Shown one piece after another: positions 9,562 to 18,993 of a stretch of 64,000 nt of DNA. Location of the stretch: assembly GCF_963677715.2 (NCBI RefSeq), contig NZ_CAXXKL010000003.1:720044-784043 (forward strand), written 5' to 3'. Numbering within the stretch: the stretch's first letter is position 1; each line of letters opens with the position of its first letter. The notes under the pieces are model-generated. The model saw only the letters and a program-made list of their open reading frames with translations, made no database searches and was not told the origin of the DNA. Position numbers and translations under genes: made by a program. This stretch comes from an uncultured Bacteroides sp. (GTDB taxonomy: Bacteria > Bacteroidota > Bacteroidia > Bacteroidales > Bacteroidaceae).

Positions 9562-9969
9562 ATGTTGAGTCCCGAAATATTAAAAGCCGTAGCGCTGATT
9601 AAGGACATCCACTATGGAATCCCCTTATCGGAGAGTCGGCGTCGGCACTTGTTATCGGATGCCGATCGGCGTAAATTGCTGAACCGTTTTCGTTCGGCGG
9701 GGATGATACGGCTCAAAAACGAAATGGGCGACGTTCACCTCCCCGATTCCTACGAGCTGTGTTATCCCCTGCACGAGATCTCCCTCTGCGACATCATGGT
9801 GGCCACAGGTGGCGGCATCGCTTTCTCTATGGAGGATACTGAAGAAATTTATAACCGTTACGGCATGGCGGGCAACCGACTGGGGGTACTCAACCAGATG
9901 GCTTGTCGCTATCTATCGGAGATCCGGCTGACAGACCTACTGACAGCCGAGCCGGAGAGAGTGCATTAA
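9562..9969 (+). CDS. Hypothetical protein, probable Rrf2-like winged-helix DNA-binding protein
   Basis: RKLLNRFRSAGMIR...SYELCYPLHEISLCDIMVATGGGI resembles the Rrf2 pattern L.KAGLV...GY.LARP.EEISL.DI..A.EG (by eye). Confidence 0.55.
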   Translation: MLSPEILKAVALIKDIHYGIPLSESRRRHLLSDADRRKLLNRFRSAGMIRLKNEMGDVHLPDSYELCYPLHEISLCDIMVATGGGIAFSMEDTEEIYNRYGMAGNRLGVLNQMACRYLSEIRLTDLLTAEPERVH

Positions 9970-10002
9970 AGCACAAAATAAAAACTTCAGAGAAATAAAA
10001 TA

Positions 10003-10980
10003 ATGAAATTCATTAGTATAAATAATTTAGAAATGACAAGTATGAAAAAAATGATTTTAGTACCGTTGTCCATCCTGCTGCTGGCAGGTTGTTCTTCGGA
10101 CAACGAACCGCAAAGCGGTACAACAACAGATCCCGTTGAAATTAAGCTTACCGGAGGGATTCAAAGTATCACAGCTACAACACGTGGAGACGGAGTAATT
10201 TCCGGAACTTTACCAGCAAGCGAATTGAGCATTAGTCTTGCCAGAAACAATGCATTGAATATTGATGCAACGACTTACCAGGATTACAAAAATTTATCAT
10301 CTTCGCTTGCTGCAACTATTAGTACAGCAGGGGCAATTACCATTACACCTACAGAGTATTATCTAACTAATAGTTACTCTACAAAATTAGTTGGCTGGTA
10401 CCCAAGTACCGGTACATTTACAGAACAAACAGATGCCCCGGCAACGGTAACTTTCGCCCTTGACGGCAGCACCGATGTGATGCTCAGCAATGAAGTGGTT
10501 GGTTCAAAAAGCTCACCTTCTCCGGCCATGACCTTTGCTCACTTGCTCACACAAATACAGATAAAGGCGTATGCTGAAAGCCCCGCGGCTCAAACTCTCT
10601 GGGGAAATATAACAGCAGCGATAAAAATTAAAAGTCAGGAACCTACTTGCACAGTAACTTTACCTGCTGCAATCGACTTTTCAGGAACGGCAGCCGATGT
10701 GCCTATGTCGATAGTCCCCAATGCACTTTCAGCTGATTCCGAATCACCCACAGATTGTGGCTATGCAATGATTCCACCTGCAACTGCATCAACACAGCTT
10801 CAAATTGAGGTTACCACCGCAACAGGAGGAACCATTACACTGAACCTTCCGTTACAGGCTTATAACGCAAGCCATGCTTATACTATTACTTTATTGTTCA
10901 GATCGACAAATGTTACACCCTCCGCCTCTATGACAGACTGGACATCGGAAACTGTTGGAACTCCGGTAGAAGCACAATAA
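10003..10980 (+). CDS. Fimbrillin-family (type V pilin, BF2867/Mfa-like) lipoprotein
   Basis: Lipobox LLLAG-C, processing site TTR/G, DVMLS...F.HLLTQIQI motif, C-terminal SMTDW donor-strand-like tail. The true start may be a downstream ATG (MTSMKK). Confidence 0.8.
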   Translation: MKFISINNLEMTSMKKMILVPLSILLLAGCSSDNEPQSGTTTDPVEIKLTGGIQSITATTRGDGVISGTLPASELSISLARNNALNIDATTYQDYKNLSSSLAATISTAGAITITPTEYYLTNSYSTKLVGWYPSTGTFTEQTDAPATVTFALDGSTDVMLSNEVVGSKSSPSPAMTFAHLLTQIQIKAYAESPAAQTLWGNITAAIKIKSQEPTCTVTLPAAIDFSGTAADVPMSIVPNALSADSESPTDCGYAMIPPATASTQLQIEVTTATGGTITLNLPLQAYNASHAYTITLLFRSTNVTPSASMTDWTSETVGTPVEAQ

Positions 10981-11068
10981 TCAAACCCTTTGTTTGGCAC
11001 AGTAAAATGCGCATCATTGGTGCATGTCTATTGTGAATCACAATATAAATATGTTTGTTTTGTTTGTT

Positions 11069-11100
11069 GCCTTCGGTTAGAAATGACCGAAGGCTTTTTA
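11069..11100 (+). terminator. Intrinsic terminator after the pilin gene
   Basis: GCCTTCGGT-N8-ACCGAAGGC followed by TTTTT. Confidence 0.8.
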
Positions 11101-11229
11101 TTATGAACACAAAAAGCTACAAGTAAACATCTACAGAAATTCATTTTAATCTGCTAACAAATAAGGGCTTATCAAATAGCTATAAATGGGTATTTTTATG
11201 CTGAACAACATAAAAACAAGTCGTTTTTC

Positions 11230-11260
11230 GTTGCTATCTCACAAAAAGATAGTACTTTTG
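11230..11260 (+). promoter_or_regulatory. pflB promoter
   Basis: GTTG-N19-TACTTTTG followed by CA. Confidence 0.6.
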
Positions 11261-11298
11261 CACGCTCTAAGGAAAACTAACCCCTAACTAATTACATT

Positions 11299-13527
11299 AT
11301 GGAACCAATTAAGATCTTTAAGGACGGACTTTGGAGCAAAGAAATTAACGTCAAAGATTTCGTTAGCAATAACATCACTCCTTATAACGGTGATGCATCT
11401 TTCTTACAAGGCCCTACCGAAAGGACCAAGCATGTTTGGGACGTTTGTCTCAAAGCCATTGAAGAAGAAAGAACTAACAACGGACTCCGCTCACTGGATA
11501 ATAAAACGGTATCTACCATCACTTCTCACAAAGCAGGTTACATTGATAAAGAAAACGAACTGATCGTTGGTTTGCAGACCGACGAGCTGCTGAAACGTGC
11601 CATTAAACCTTTTGGAGGCATCAATGTGGTAGCCCGTGCCTGTCATGAAAATGGCGTGGAGGTAGATGAAAAGGTAAAAGAGATTTTCACTCATTACCGC
11701 AAAACACACAACGATGGTGTGTTTGATGTATATACAGAAGAAATTCGTTCGTTCCGCTCACTGGGATTCCTCACGGGATTGCCCGACAACTATGCCCGAG
11801 GGCGGGTAATCGGTGATTATCGCCGATTGGCTCTTTACGGTGTAGATCAGCTGATTAAAGCCAAACAAGAGGATTTACAGAACCTGACAGGCCCGATGAC
11901 AGAGGCTCGCATTCGCTTGCGCGAAGAGGTGGCTGAGCAAATCAAGGCGCTGAAAGATATTAAAGTGATGGGCGAGTATTACGGATTGGAACTCGGACGT
12001 CCGGCACATTCGGCCCAGGAGGCTGTTCAATGGGTATATATGGCTTATTTGGCTGCCGTAAAAGAGCAAGACGGAGCTGCCATGTCTCTGGGCAATGTGT
12101 CTTCGTTCTTAGATATTTATCTGGAATATGAACTAAGCAAAGGCCTCATCGACGAGTCATTGGCGCAGGAGTTGATTGATCAATTCATCATAAAACTTCG
12201 TATGGTGCGCCACCTACGCATGCAATCTTATAACGATATTTTTGCAGGAGATCCAACCTGGGTTACCGAGGCTATCGGCGGACGCTTTAACGACGGACGA
12301 CACAAGGTAACAAAAACCTCGTTCCGCTTCTTGCAAACGCTATATAACTTAGGGCCATCTCCCGAACCGAACTTAACTATATTATGGTCGCCGGCTTTGC
12401 CCGACGGTTTCAAGGCTTTTTGCACAAAGGTCTCTATCGATACTTCATCCATTCAATACGAAAACGACGATTTGATGCGTTCCGTTCGCCATTCCGATGA
12501 TTACGGAATTGCTTGTTGCGTATCATTTCAGGATATCGGCCGACAGATTCAATTCTTCGGAGCACGTGCCAACCTGGCCAAAGCCTTATTGCTTGCCATC
12601 AACGGCGGACGCTGCGAGAATACGGGTACGGTAATGGTTAAAGGCATTCCGGTACTGACAAGCGATAAGTTGAACTTCGACGAAGTAATGGCTAACTACA
12701 AAGTAGTGCTAAAGGAAATTGCGCGGGTATACAACGATGCAATGAACATCATTCACTACATGCACGATAAGTATTATTACGAAAAAGCACAGATGGCATT
12801 CGTCGACACCAATCCACGTATCAATCTAGCTTACGGTGCTGCCGGACTTTCCATTGCTGCCGACTCGCTATCGGCTATTAAATTTGCTAACGTTACGGCT
12901 CACCGCAATGAAATCGGTTTAACGGAATCATTCGATATTGACGGGGAATTTCCTTGTTATGGAAATGATGATGACCGTGTAGACGAACTGGCAGTAGGGT
13001 TAACACACCTGTTTAGCGAAGAGCTCAGCAAATTGCACATTTACAAGAATGCACGCCCCACACTGTCTATCCTTACCATTACCTCGAACGTGATGTATGG
13101 CAAAAAAACAGGTGCCACACCCGACGGGCGACTAAAAGGTGTTCCTTTTGCTCCGGGTGCCAACCCGATGCACGGACGTGATTCGAAAGGTGCCATTGCC
13201 TCGCTGACTTCTGTAGCAAAAATCAGGTATGAAGATGCACAAGATGGGGTAAGTAACACATTCTCTATCGTTCCGAAATCTCTCGGAGTTACGGAAGAAG
13301 ACCGTGTGGACAATCTTGTAGCAATGATGGACGGATACTTCAGCAAAGGTGCACACCACTTGAATGTGAATGTACTGAATCGCGAAATGCTGGAAGATGC
13401 CATGGAGCATCCGGAAAACTATCCGCAACTAACCATCCGTGTTTCGGGATATGCCGTGCATTTTGTGAGCTTGAGCCGCGAACATCAGCTAGAAGTTATT
13501 TCTCGCAGTTTTCACAGCAAAATGTAA
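11299..13527 (+). CDS. pflB: Formate C-acetyltransferase (pyruvate formate-lyase)
   Basis: GLPD.Y.RGR.IGDYRR, IACCVS active-site cysteines, glycyl-radical motif [10 protein letters not shown]. Confidence 0.97.
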   Translation: MEPIKIFKDGLWSKEINVKDFVSNNITPYNGDASFLQGPTERTKHVWDVCLKAIEEERTNNGLRSLDNKTVSTITSHKAGYIDKENELIVGLQTDELLKRAIKPFGGINVVARACHENGVEVDEKVKEIFTHYRKTHNDGVFDVYTEEIRSFRSLGFLTGLPDNYARGRVIGDYRRLALYGVDQLIKAKQEDLQNLTGPMTEARIRLREEVAEQIKALKDIKVMGEYYGLELGRPAHSAQEAVQWVYMAYLAAVKEQDGAAMSLGNVSSFLDIYLEYELSKGLIDESLAQELIDQFIIKLRMVRHLRMQSYNDIFAGDPTWVTEAIGGRFNDGRHKVTKTSFRFLQTLYNLGPSPEPNLTILWSPALPDGFKAFCTKVSIDTSSIQYENDDLMRSVRHSDDYGIACCVSFQDIGRQIQFFGARANLAKALLLAINGGRCENTGTVMVKGIPVLTSDKLNFDEVMANYKVVLKEIARVYNDAMNIIHYMHDKYYYEKAQMAFVDTNPRINLAYGAAGLSIAADSLSAIKFANVTAHRNEIGLTESFDIDGEFPCYGNDDDRVDELAVGLTHLFSEELSKLHIYKNARPTLSILTITSNVMYGKKTGATPDGRLKGVPFAPGANPMHGRDSKGAIASLTSVAKIRYEDAQDGVSNTFSIVPKSLGVTEEDRVDNLVAMMDGYFSKGAHHLNVNVLNREMLEDAMEHPENYPQLTIRVSGYAVHFVSLSREHQLEVISRSFHSKM

Positions 13528-13531
13528 GGAG

Positions 13532-14257
13532 ATGATAAAAGTTCATTCTTATGAATCTATGGGAACATTCGACGGGCCGGGTCTCCGGCTCGTCGTTTTC
13601 CTTCAGGGGTGCAACTTCCGTTGCCTATATTGTGCCAATCCCGACACCATTGCGGTTAATGGCGGAACAGCTACCGAACCCGAAGAAATAATACGTATGG
13701 CTCTTAGCCAAAAGGCTTTCTTTGGTAAAAAAGGAGGAATTACTTTTTCGGGGGGAGAACCAACACTGCAAGCCCAAACGTTAGTTCCGCTTTTTCGCCG
13801 ACTGAAAGAAGAAGGAATACACATCTGTCTGGATAGCAACGGAAGCATATGGAATGAGGATGTAAAAGAGTTATTGGAACTGACCGATTTGGTTTTACTC
13901 GACGTTAAGCAATTTAATGCCATGCGCCATCAATCGCTCACAGGACACAGCAACGAACAGACACTACGCACTGCCGCCTGGCTGGAAGAAAACAAGAGAC
14001 CTTTCTGGTTGCGATACGTGCTGGTACCGGGCTACAGTGACTTTGAGGAAGATATTATCGGTCTGGGCGAACAGCTGGGTACATACAAGATGATTCAGCG
14101 AATAGAGATATTACCTTATCACACACTCGGCGTACACAAATATGAAGCAATGAAACAAACATATCTGTTGGAAGGGGTAAAGGAAAACACGCCTGAACAA
14201 ACCGAGCATGCAGCCAATCTGTTCAAGCGTTACTTTCAAACGGTATATATCAACTAA
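13532..14257 (+). CDS. pflA: PFL-activating enzyme (radical SAM)
   Basis: GTFDGPG.RLVVFLQGC, CNFRCLYC, SGGEP; adjacent to pflB. Confidence 0.96.
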   Translation: MIKVHSYESMGTFDGPGLRLVVFLQGCNFRCLYCANPDTIAVNGGTATEPEEIIRMALSQKAFFGKKGGITFSGGEPTLQAQTLVPLFRRLKEEGIHICLDSNGSIWNEDVKELLELTDLVLLDVKQFNAMRHQSLTGHSNEQTLRTAAWLEENKRPFWLRYVLVPGYSDFEEDIIGLGEQLGTYKMIQRIEILPYHTLGVHKYEAMKQTYLLEGVKENTPEQTEHAANLFKRYFQTVYIN

Positions 14258-14283
14258 AAAACGATAAGAAAGTGCTTACTTAA

Positions 14284-15519
14284 TTAATAGGTAAAGCGAA
14301 TGCCGGCCTGAATATTCAGGTTAAACGGCGTTTCCTTTCGGATGGTTTGCACATCGGAACCATCATCAAAGAAATAAGCCACACCCGGTTCTATATAAAT
14401 GCCGATATGTTTAGTGGTATTTAATTGAGCACCTACTGCACCCGAAAGAGACCACTGTAAAGGTTTCACGGTTAGTTTCTCCGATCCCAGCTTTCCGTAA
14501 ACGGATTTTTCGACCAATCCTCCACCCGTAAGATAAAGAGTAAATCTGTCTTTATTCATAAAACTCCAGTTGGCCCGCAAAGGGATGCCAATGTAATGAA
14601 GCTTTTGCTCACTGGTTTGTGCACTTCCCTGAAACTTCACATCCGAAGAAAGTAGCGTGTACGTTACTCCCGTCTCAACAGAAAAGCGGTTGGACAGTTC
14701 CTTACGAACGGAAAGTCCGAATGTTATGGGCTGATGATGCTCTATGTTCGTTACATCATATTCTACATAAGGCAAACCTTCCTTAAACACAATCGTCTGA
14801 TTTTCAGGGATCGATACGAATCCTTCTGTAACATCGTCAAGTAAATATCCTGCTCCCTGAACCGTATTATTCTCGCCACCCCCATACGTGCCGGAAGCAT
14901 TCGTTACGGAAACTCCGACCGACCATCTACGGCTTTTACTTGAAGAGGATTTAACAGGTATATTCAGCTTATCTCTACTGGAAGGACGCCTGACTACTTG
15001 TCGTGAGCTATGCTCTTGAGACGTTACCTCTTCCTTCTCTGTAGGTTGGTTCCCATTTGTTTCATGCTGTTTTTCATCATCCGTCACTGAGTTTTCGTTT
15101 TCAGCAACCGCCTCAGCTACAAGCGCTTTTTCACCAATAGCAGTGGAATGTGTTGCCCGATTTGTTTTCTCCCGAGAAGTACCAGCCTGTGCTATACGCA
15201 TTGATTCCGTGGGTGAGGTAGTAGAGGCAGGCTCTTTTGTTTGGGGAAGTGCATCCGGCAATGTAGCAAGAGCCGGTACGTTTTGCTCCATTTCACGGAC
15301 AACCGGACTGTTAAGGAGATACAAGCTCACCCCTGCGGCAATCAGCAACATCACTCCCGCAGCAACCCACCAGCGATAAGGATAGATGTGCCGCTTGGGA
15401 ACGGAGGGCAACAGTGCTTTCTCCAATCGTTGCCAACCATCGGCAGGATAAGGTTCGGAATAATCTTCGAGAGACTCCCGCAACTTCTTAGTCCATATTT
15501 CTTTATCTTGTTTCACCAT
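14284..15519 (-). CDS. Dual-membrane-spanning anti-sigma factor (Dma-type)
   Basis: Short N-terminal domain, TM helix (WWVAAGVMLLIAAGVSLYLL), long Pro/Ser/Thr/Glu-rich tether and C-terminal beta-barrel ending NIQAGIRFTY. It lies directly downstream of an ECF gene. Confidence 0.75.
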   Translation of the reverse strand: MVKQDKEIWTKKLRESLEDYSEPYPADGWQRLEKALLPSVPKRHIYPYRWWVAAGVMLLIAAGVSLYLLNSPVVREMEQNVPALATLPDALPQTKEPASTTSPTESMRIAQAGTSREKTNRATHSTAIGEKALVAEAVAENENSVTDDEKQHETNGNQPTEKEEVTSQEHSSRQVVRRPSSRDKLNIPVKSSSSKSRRWSVGVSVTNASGTYGGGENNTVQGAGYLLDDVTEGFVSIPENQTIVFKEGLPYVEYDVTNIEHHQPITFGLSVRKELSNRFSVETGVTYTLLSSDVKFQGSAQTSEQKLHYIGIPLRANWSFMNKDRFTLYLTGGGLVEKSVYGKLGSEKLTVKPLQWSLSGAVGAQLNTTKHIGIYIEPGVAYFFDDGSDVQTIRKETPFNLNIQAGIRFTY

Positions 15520-15542
15520 CTATTTATTATGGTTTTACTAAC

Positions 15543-16103
15543 TTAACTATTTTCATCAATATAAGCTCTGATCTTTTTTGCGAGCACCTGCTTGGCCCGG
15601 AACAGTTGAGAAGCCGATGATTTCTCATTGATACCCAACAAGGCGGCAATCTCCTTATGAGATTTTTCTTCAAACATATAGAGATTGAACACCGTACGAT
15701 AACCTGCCGGAAGTTCTGCAATAAATGCCATCAACACTTTATTCGGAATAGCCTCAATGTCAGATGCTTCAGGTTCCTGACTAATCTCCGGAACATCATC
15801 TATATTCATTGCCTGATTCATCACATCGCCCTTGCGCAAAAACTGCAAAGCCGTATTTATCATTACCCGTTCTATCCACGCTCTGAGTGAGCCTTCTCCG
15901 CGCCATGAAAATTTATCAAAAGAATTGAAGATCTTTATAAAGCCATCGTGCAACACATCCTGAGCCGTATCCCTGTTGCCCACATAGCGAAGACAGATAC
16001 CAAACAATCGCCCCGCAAAGCGCTCATAGAGTTCTTTGCGGGCAGAGTTGTCGCCTCGCCTGCACTGTTCTGCCAGCTCATATTCTTCCATTCTTTCAGA
16101 CAC
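15543..16103 (-). CDS. ECF sigma factor (cognate of the Dma-type anti-sigma)
   Basis: AQDVLHDGFIKIF, W.ERVMINTAL, LPAGYRTVFNL, HKEIA.LLGI...S.SQL.RAK. Start is GTG 16103 or ATG 16091. Confidence 0.92.
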   Translation of the reverse strand: MSERMEEYELAEQCRRGDNSARKELYERFAGRLFGICLRYVGNRDTAQDVLHDGFIKIFNSFDKFSWRGEGSLRAWIERVMINTALQFLRKGDVMNQAMNIDDVPEISQEPEASDIEAIPNKVLMAFIAELPAGYRTVFNLYMFEEKSHKEIAALLGINEKSSASQLFRAKQVLAKKIRAYIDENS

Positions 16104-16269
16104 GGTTTACCTTATAAATGCAATAAGGACAAAAATACTGCATGAGGCCTATTGCTCATCCTTTTTTTGTTCATTTAACAGTAGCGAATGCAATATGTTA
16201 CTCACTTATGCATTTTCTAAGTACACAAAAAAACAAAAGTATATAGAATTTAAATACCTAACATGAATT

Positions 16270-17019
16270 ATGAAAAGACTTAGATTTGCTATTTTAGCTA
16301 TATCACTACTGGTTGTGATTTCATCTCTTCAATCTTGTCTGGACGACGATGACAATGACAGATATTCATTGGCTATTGCCACTGTTAAAGTAATAGACGG
16401 ACAGAGCTATTATTTTGCTCTTGATGACAACACCAAAATGCTACCGGGAGACACCACCCAAATTTATAATTACCCACTCAAAGACGGGCAACGGGCTTTT
16501 GTCTATTTCAATTTACTCGACGAAGGTGTGCAAGGTTATGATTACAACGCAAAAATAAGATATATTGAGAATATTCTGACTAAAGGCATCATTCCTCTCA
16601 CGGAAGCAACGGCAGACAGTATTGGAGACGACCATATCAGTCCCACAAATATGTGGATTGGCGGCGGTTATTTAAATATAGAATTTCGGTTGCGGGGAAC
16701 TGACAATCCGACAAGACCACACATGCTGAACCTGGTGCAAAACGCAACGACAGACCCTGCAAATGAAGAAGAAGGATATATTAATCTTGAGTTTCGGCAC
16801 AATGCCTACGATGACAGCACTACCGCAGGATTAAAATCGGGTATCGTTTCTTTTAATCTGAGTCAGATAGCAAATCTCATGACTAGTGAGAAAGGATTAA
16901 AAATACGCGTAAATACCCTCTATGACGGAATTAAATATTATAAAATTGACTTCAAAGCTATTTCGGCGGCAATGAAATTTCAACAGGAAAAACCTAAAAC
17001 CACTATATTGATTAACTGA
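16270..17019 (+). CDS. NigD-like lipoprotein
   Basis: Lipobox LQS-C followed by an Asp run, GQRAFVYFN, IGDDHI...W.GGGYLNIEF, LEFRHNA. Divergent from the ECF gene. Confidence 0.85.
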   Translation: MKRLRFAILAISLLVVISSLQSCLDDDDNDRYSLAIATVKVIDGQSYYFALDDNTKMLPGDTTQIYNYPLKDGQRAFVYFNLLDEGVQGYDYNAKIRYIENILTKGIIPLTEATADSIGDDHISPTNMWIGGGYLNIEFRLRGTDNPTRPHMLNLVQNATTDPANEEEGYINLEFRHNAYDDSTTAGLKSGIVSFNLSQIANLMTSEKGLKIRVNTLYDGIKYYKIDFKAISAAMKFQQEKPKTTILIN

Positions 17020-17061
17020 AAGAATCTATTGATTCGCTACACGAGAGCCTTATTCACGTGA

Positions 17062-17120
17062 AAAAGATGCAAGTAGCCTGCGAACGATGAGTCCGCAACT
17101 ATTTGCATCTTTTATTTTTT
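17062..17120. terminator. Probable bidirectional terminator between nigD-like and oxyR
   Basis: AAAAGATGCAAGTAG...CTATTTGCATCTTTT between convergent genes. Confidence 0.7.
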
Positions 17121-17158
17121 TGAGGTAAAAGCACGCACCAACGCAACACGTGAGGAGG

Positions 17159-18085
17159 TTAAACAAGGTGCTGAACAGCCTGCAAACGAAGCATTTCCTT
17201 AGGTACCGCAGCTTTAATTTCTTCCTTCAAAACCTGCAAAAGGCTGTGTCTGATAAAATTCTTGCTCGTAACAAGAACTATTTGCCTCGTGGGGCGAGGA
17301 ACGGCAAACGGGCGCACCAACTCTTTTTGTTCACTACTAAGTTGATCTACAGCCAAACCCGGAATGAAAGTGATTCCCTTACCACTCTCCACCATACGCA
17401 TAAAAGTTTCCATGCTTCCCAAACGATAAGCCATCTGGCTGAGTTTTACCGCTTCCATCTGACAGAAACGTACCAACTGATCGCGAAAACAATGACCTTC
17501 GTCGAGTAACCACAACCGTTCTCCGGTAATGTCCGATGTGCGTATCAATTCGTGCTTAAACAACGGTTCCTTGCGAGATACATATCCGTAAAACTGTTCA
17601 TAAAAAAGACATTCTCCCGTAAGAGAGGTATCTTCGGGCAAGTTGGCTATAATAGCAGCATCAATCTCTTCAGTTAGCAGCGCCTGCCGGATATCAAGAG
17701 TCTTCATCTCCGTTACACGAATATCCATTTCCGGATGTTTCTCCATCAACTGCGGAAAAAAGCGAGGCAAAAGATAAGGAGCAATGGTGGGAAGCACTCC
17801 CAAACGAAATGTACCGGAGAGCAGTTGTTGCTCTTCATTAATTATCTCTTTTACATGAGAAGCCTGTGCCAGCACGATACGCGCCTGCGCCAGCACCTTC
17901 TCTCCCACTGCTGTGGGACAAACGGGTTGCACGTTGCGATCAAAAAGTTTCACGCCCAACTCCTCTTCCAATTTTTGAATCATGGCACTCAGCGTAGGTT
18001 GAGTCACATTACAATGCTCGGCCGCCTTGGCAAAATGTCTAAACTGATCTACGGCAAAAATATATTCCAGTTGCTGAATAGTCAT
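17159..18085 (-). CDS. oxyR: Hydrogen-peroxide sensor OxyR (LysR family)
   Basis: LysR HTH (F.KAAEHC.VTQPTLS), redox cysteine pair GHCFRDQLVRFC; divergent from dps. Confidence 0.95.
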   Translation of the reverse strand: MTIQQLEYIFAVDQFRHFAKAAEHCNVTQPTLSAMIQKLEEELGVKLFDRNVQPVCPTAVGEKVLAQARIVLAQASHVKEIINEEQQLLSGTFRLGVLPTIAPYLLPRFFPQLMEKHPEMDIRVTEMKTLDIRQALLTEEIDAAIIANLPEDTSLTGECLFYEQFYGYVSRKEPLFKHELIRTSDITGERLWLLDEGHCFRDQLVRFCQMEAVKLSQMAYRLGSMETFMRMVESGKGITFIPGLAVDQLSSEQKELVRPFAVPRPTRQIVLVTSKNFIRHSLLQVLKEEIKAAVPKEMLRLQAVQHLV

Positions 18086-18109
18086 TACTTTTTTATACTT
18101 ATAAGGTTT

Positions 18110-18134
18110 ATAGAATGTGTCTATGCAAAGATAG
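18110..18134. promoter_or_regulatory. Putative OxyR-binding site
   Basis: ATAG-N7-CTAT-N6-ATAG in the oxyR-dps intergenic region, just upstream of the dps -33 box. Confidence 0.55.
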
Positions 18135-18144
18135 AAATTATCAG

Positions 18145-18176
18145 TTTGATGCGCACTCTTTTTTCACCTATCTTTG
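18145..18176 (+). promoter_or_regulatory. dps promoter
   Basis: Exact consensus TTTG-N20-TATCTTTG. Confidence 0.8.
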
Positions 18177-18220
18177 TCATACGGAAAAGAAAAACAATAT
18201 AGACCTCACAAAATAAACAA

Positions 18221-18316
18221 ATGATAATGAAAACATTAGATTACATAAAATTAAATAAAAAAGAGATGAACAATATAAAAAGTTCATTGTTATCTCAAAC
18301 AGAAAAAACAGTATAA
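18221..18316 (+). CDS. 31-aa uORF duplicating the Dps N-terminus (MIMKTLDYIKLNKKEMNNIKSSLLSQTEKTV)
   Basis: Translated by hand. 17 of the first 18 residues are identical to Dps. Whether it is expressed is unknown. Confidence 0.45.
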   Translation: MIMKTLDYIKLNKKEMNNIKSSLLSQTEKTV

Positions 18317-18330
18317 ACCTCATAAAATTA

Positions 18331-18813
18331 ATGATTATGAAAACGTTAGATTACATCAAGTTAAATGAAAAAGAAATGAACAATGTAGTAGCTTCATTGC
18401 AACAATTATTAGCAGATTTCCAGGTATATTACACCAATCTTCGTGGTTTTCACTGGAACATCAAAGGACACGATTTCTTTGTGTTGCACAGCAAATTCGA
18501 AGAACTGTATGACGATGCAGCCGAGAAAGTGGATGAACTGGCCGAACGTGTATTAATGCTGGGCGGCACACCGGTCAGCAAATTCAGCGATTACCTGAAA
18601 GTAGCCAAAGTAAAAGAAGTAGATGGAGTGAGCAGTGGCGAAGAGGCACTAAAAAACATTCTTGATACATACAGTCACCTTATCGGCGAAGAGCGCAAAT
18701 TAACCGCCTTGGCAGCAAGCGTAGCCGACGAAGCCACTGTAGCTCTAATGAGCGATTACCTGAAAGAACAAGAAAAAATGGTTTGGATGCTTACTGCATA
18801 TAATAACAAGTAA
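18331..18813 (+). CDS. dps: Dps (DNA protection during starvation protein)
   Basis: Ferroxidase motifs HWNIKG..FF.LH..FEELY and DELAER. Confidence 0.96.
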   Translation: MIMKTLDYIKLNEKEMNNVVASLQQLLADFQVYYTNLRGFHWNIKGHDFFVLHSKFEELYDDAAEKVDELAERVLMLGGTPVSKFSDYLKVAKVKEVDGVSSGEEALKNILDTYSHLIGEERKLTALAASVADEATVALMSDYLKEQEKMVWMLTAYNNK

Positions 18814-18878
18814 ACTTTAAAAGCATTCAGAAAAAAACAAGCCATACGTTCTGCCACAGAACAAAGCTTCATTATAGC

Positions 18879-18947
18879 AAATCACGCAAAGATGCAAGGA
18901 TCTTTCTTCTTATAACAGAAGATAATCTCGTAATCTTTGCGTGATTT
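18879..18947. terminator. 15-bp perfect inverted repeat after dps (terminator-like)
   Basis: AAATCACGCAAAGAT...ATCTTTGCGTGATTT. Confidence 0.55.
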
Positions 18948-18968
18948 CTTTTTATATAATTACTTTTG
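18936..18968 (+). promoter_or_regulatory. Promoter of the two-component operon
   Basis: TTTG-N21-TACTTTTG. Confidence 0.7.
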
Positions 18969-18993
18969 CGCATTACATTCTACATTACAAATT

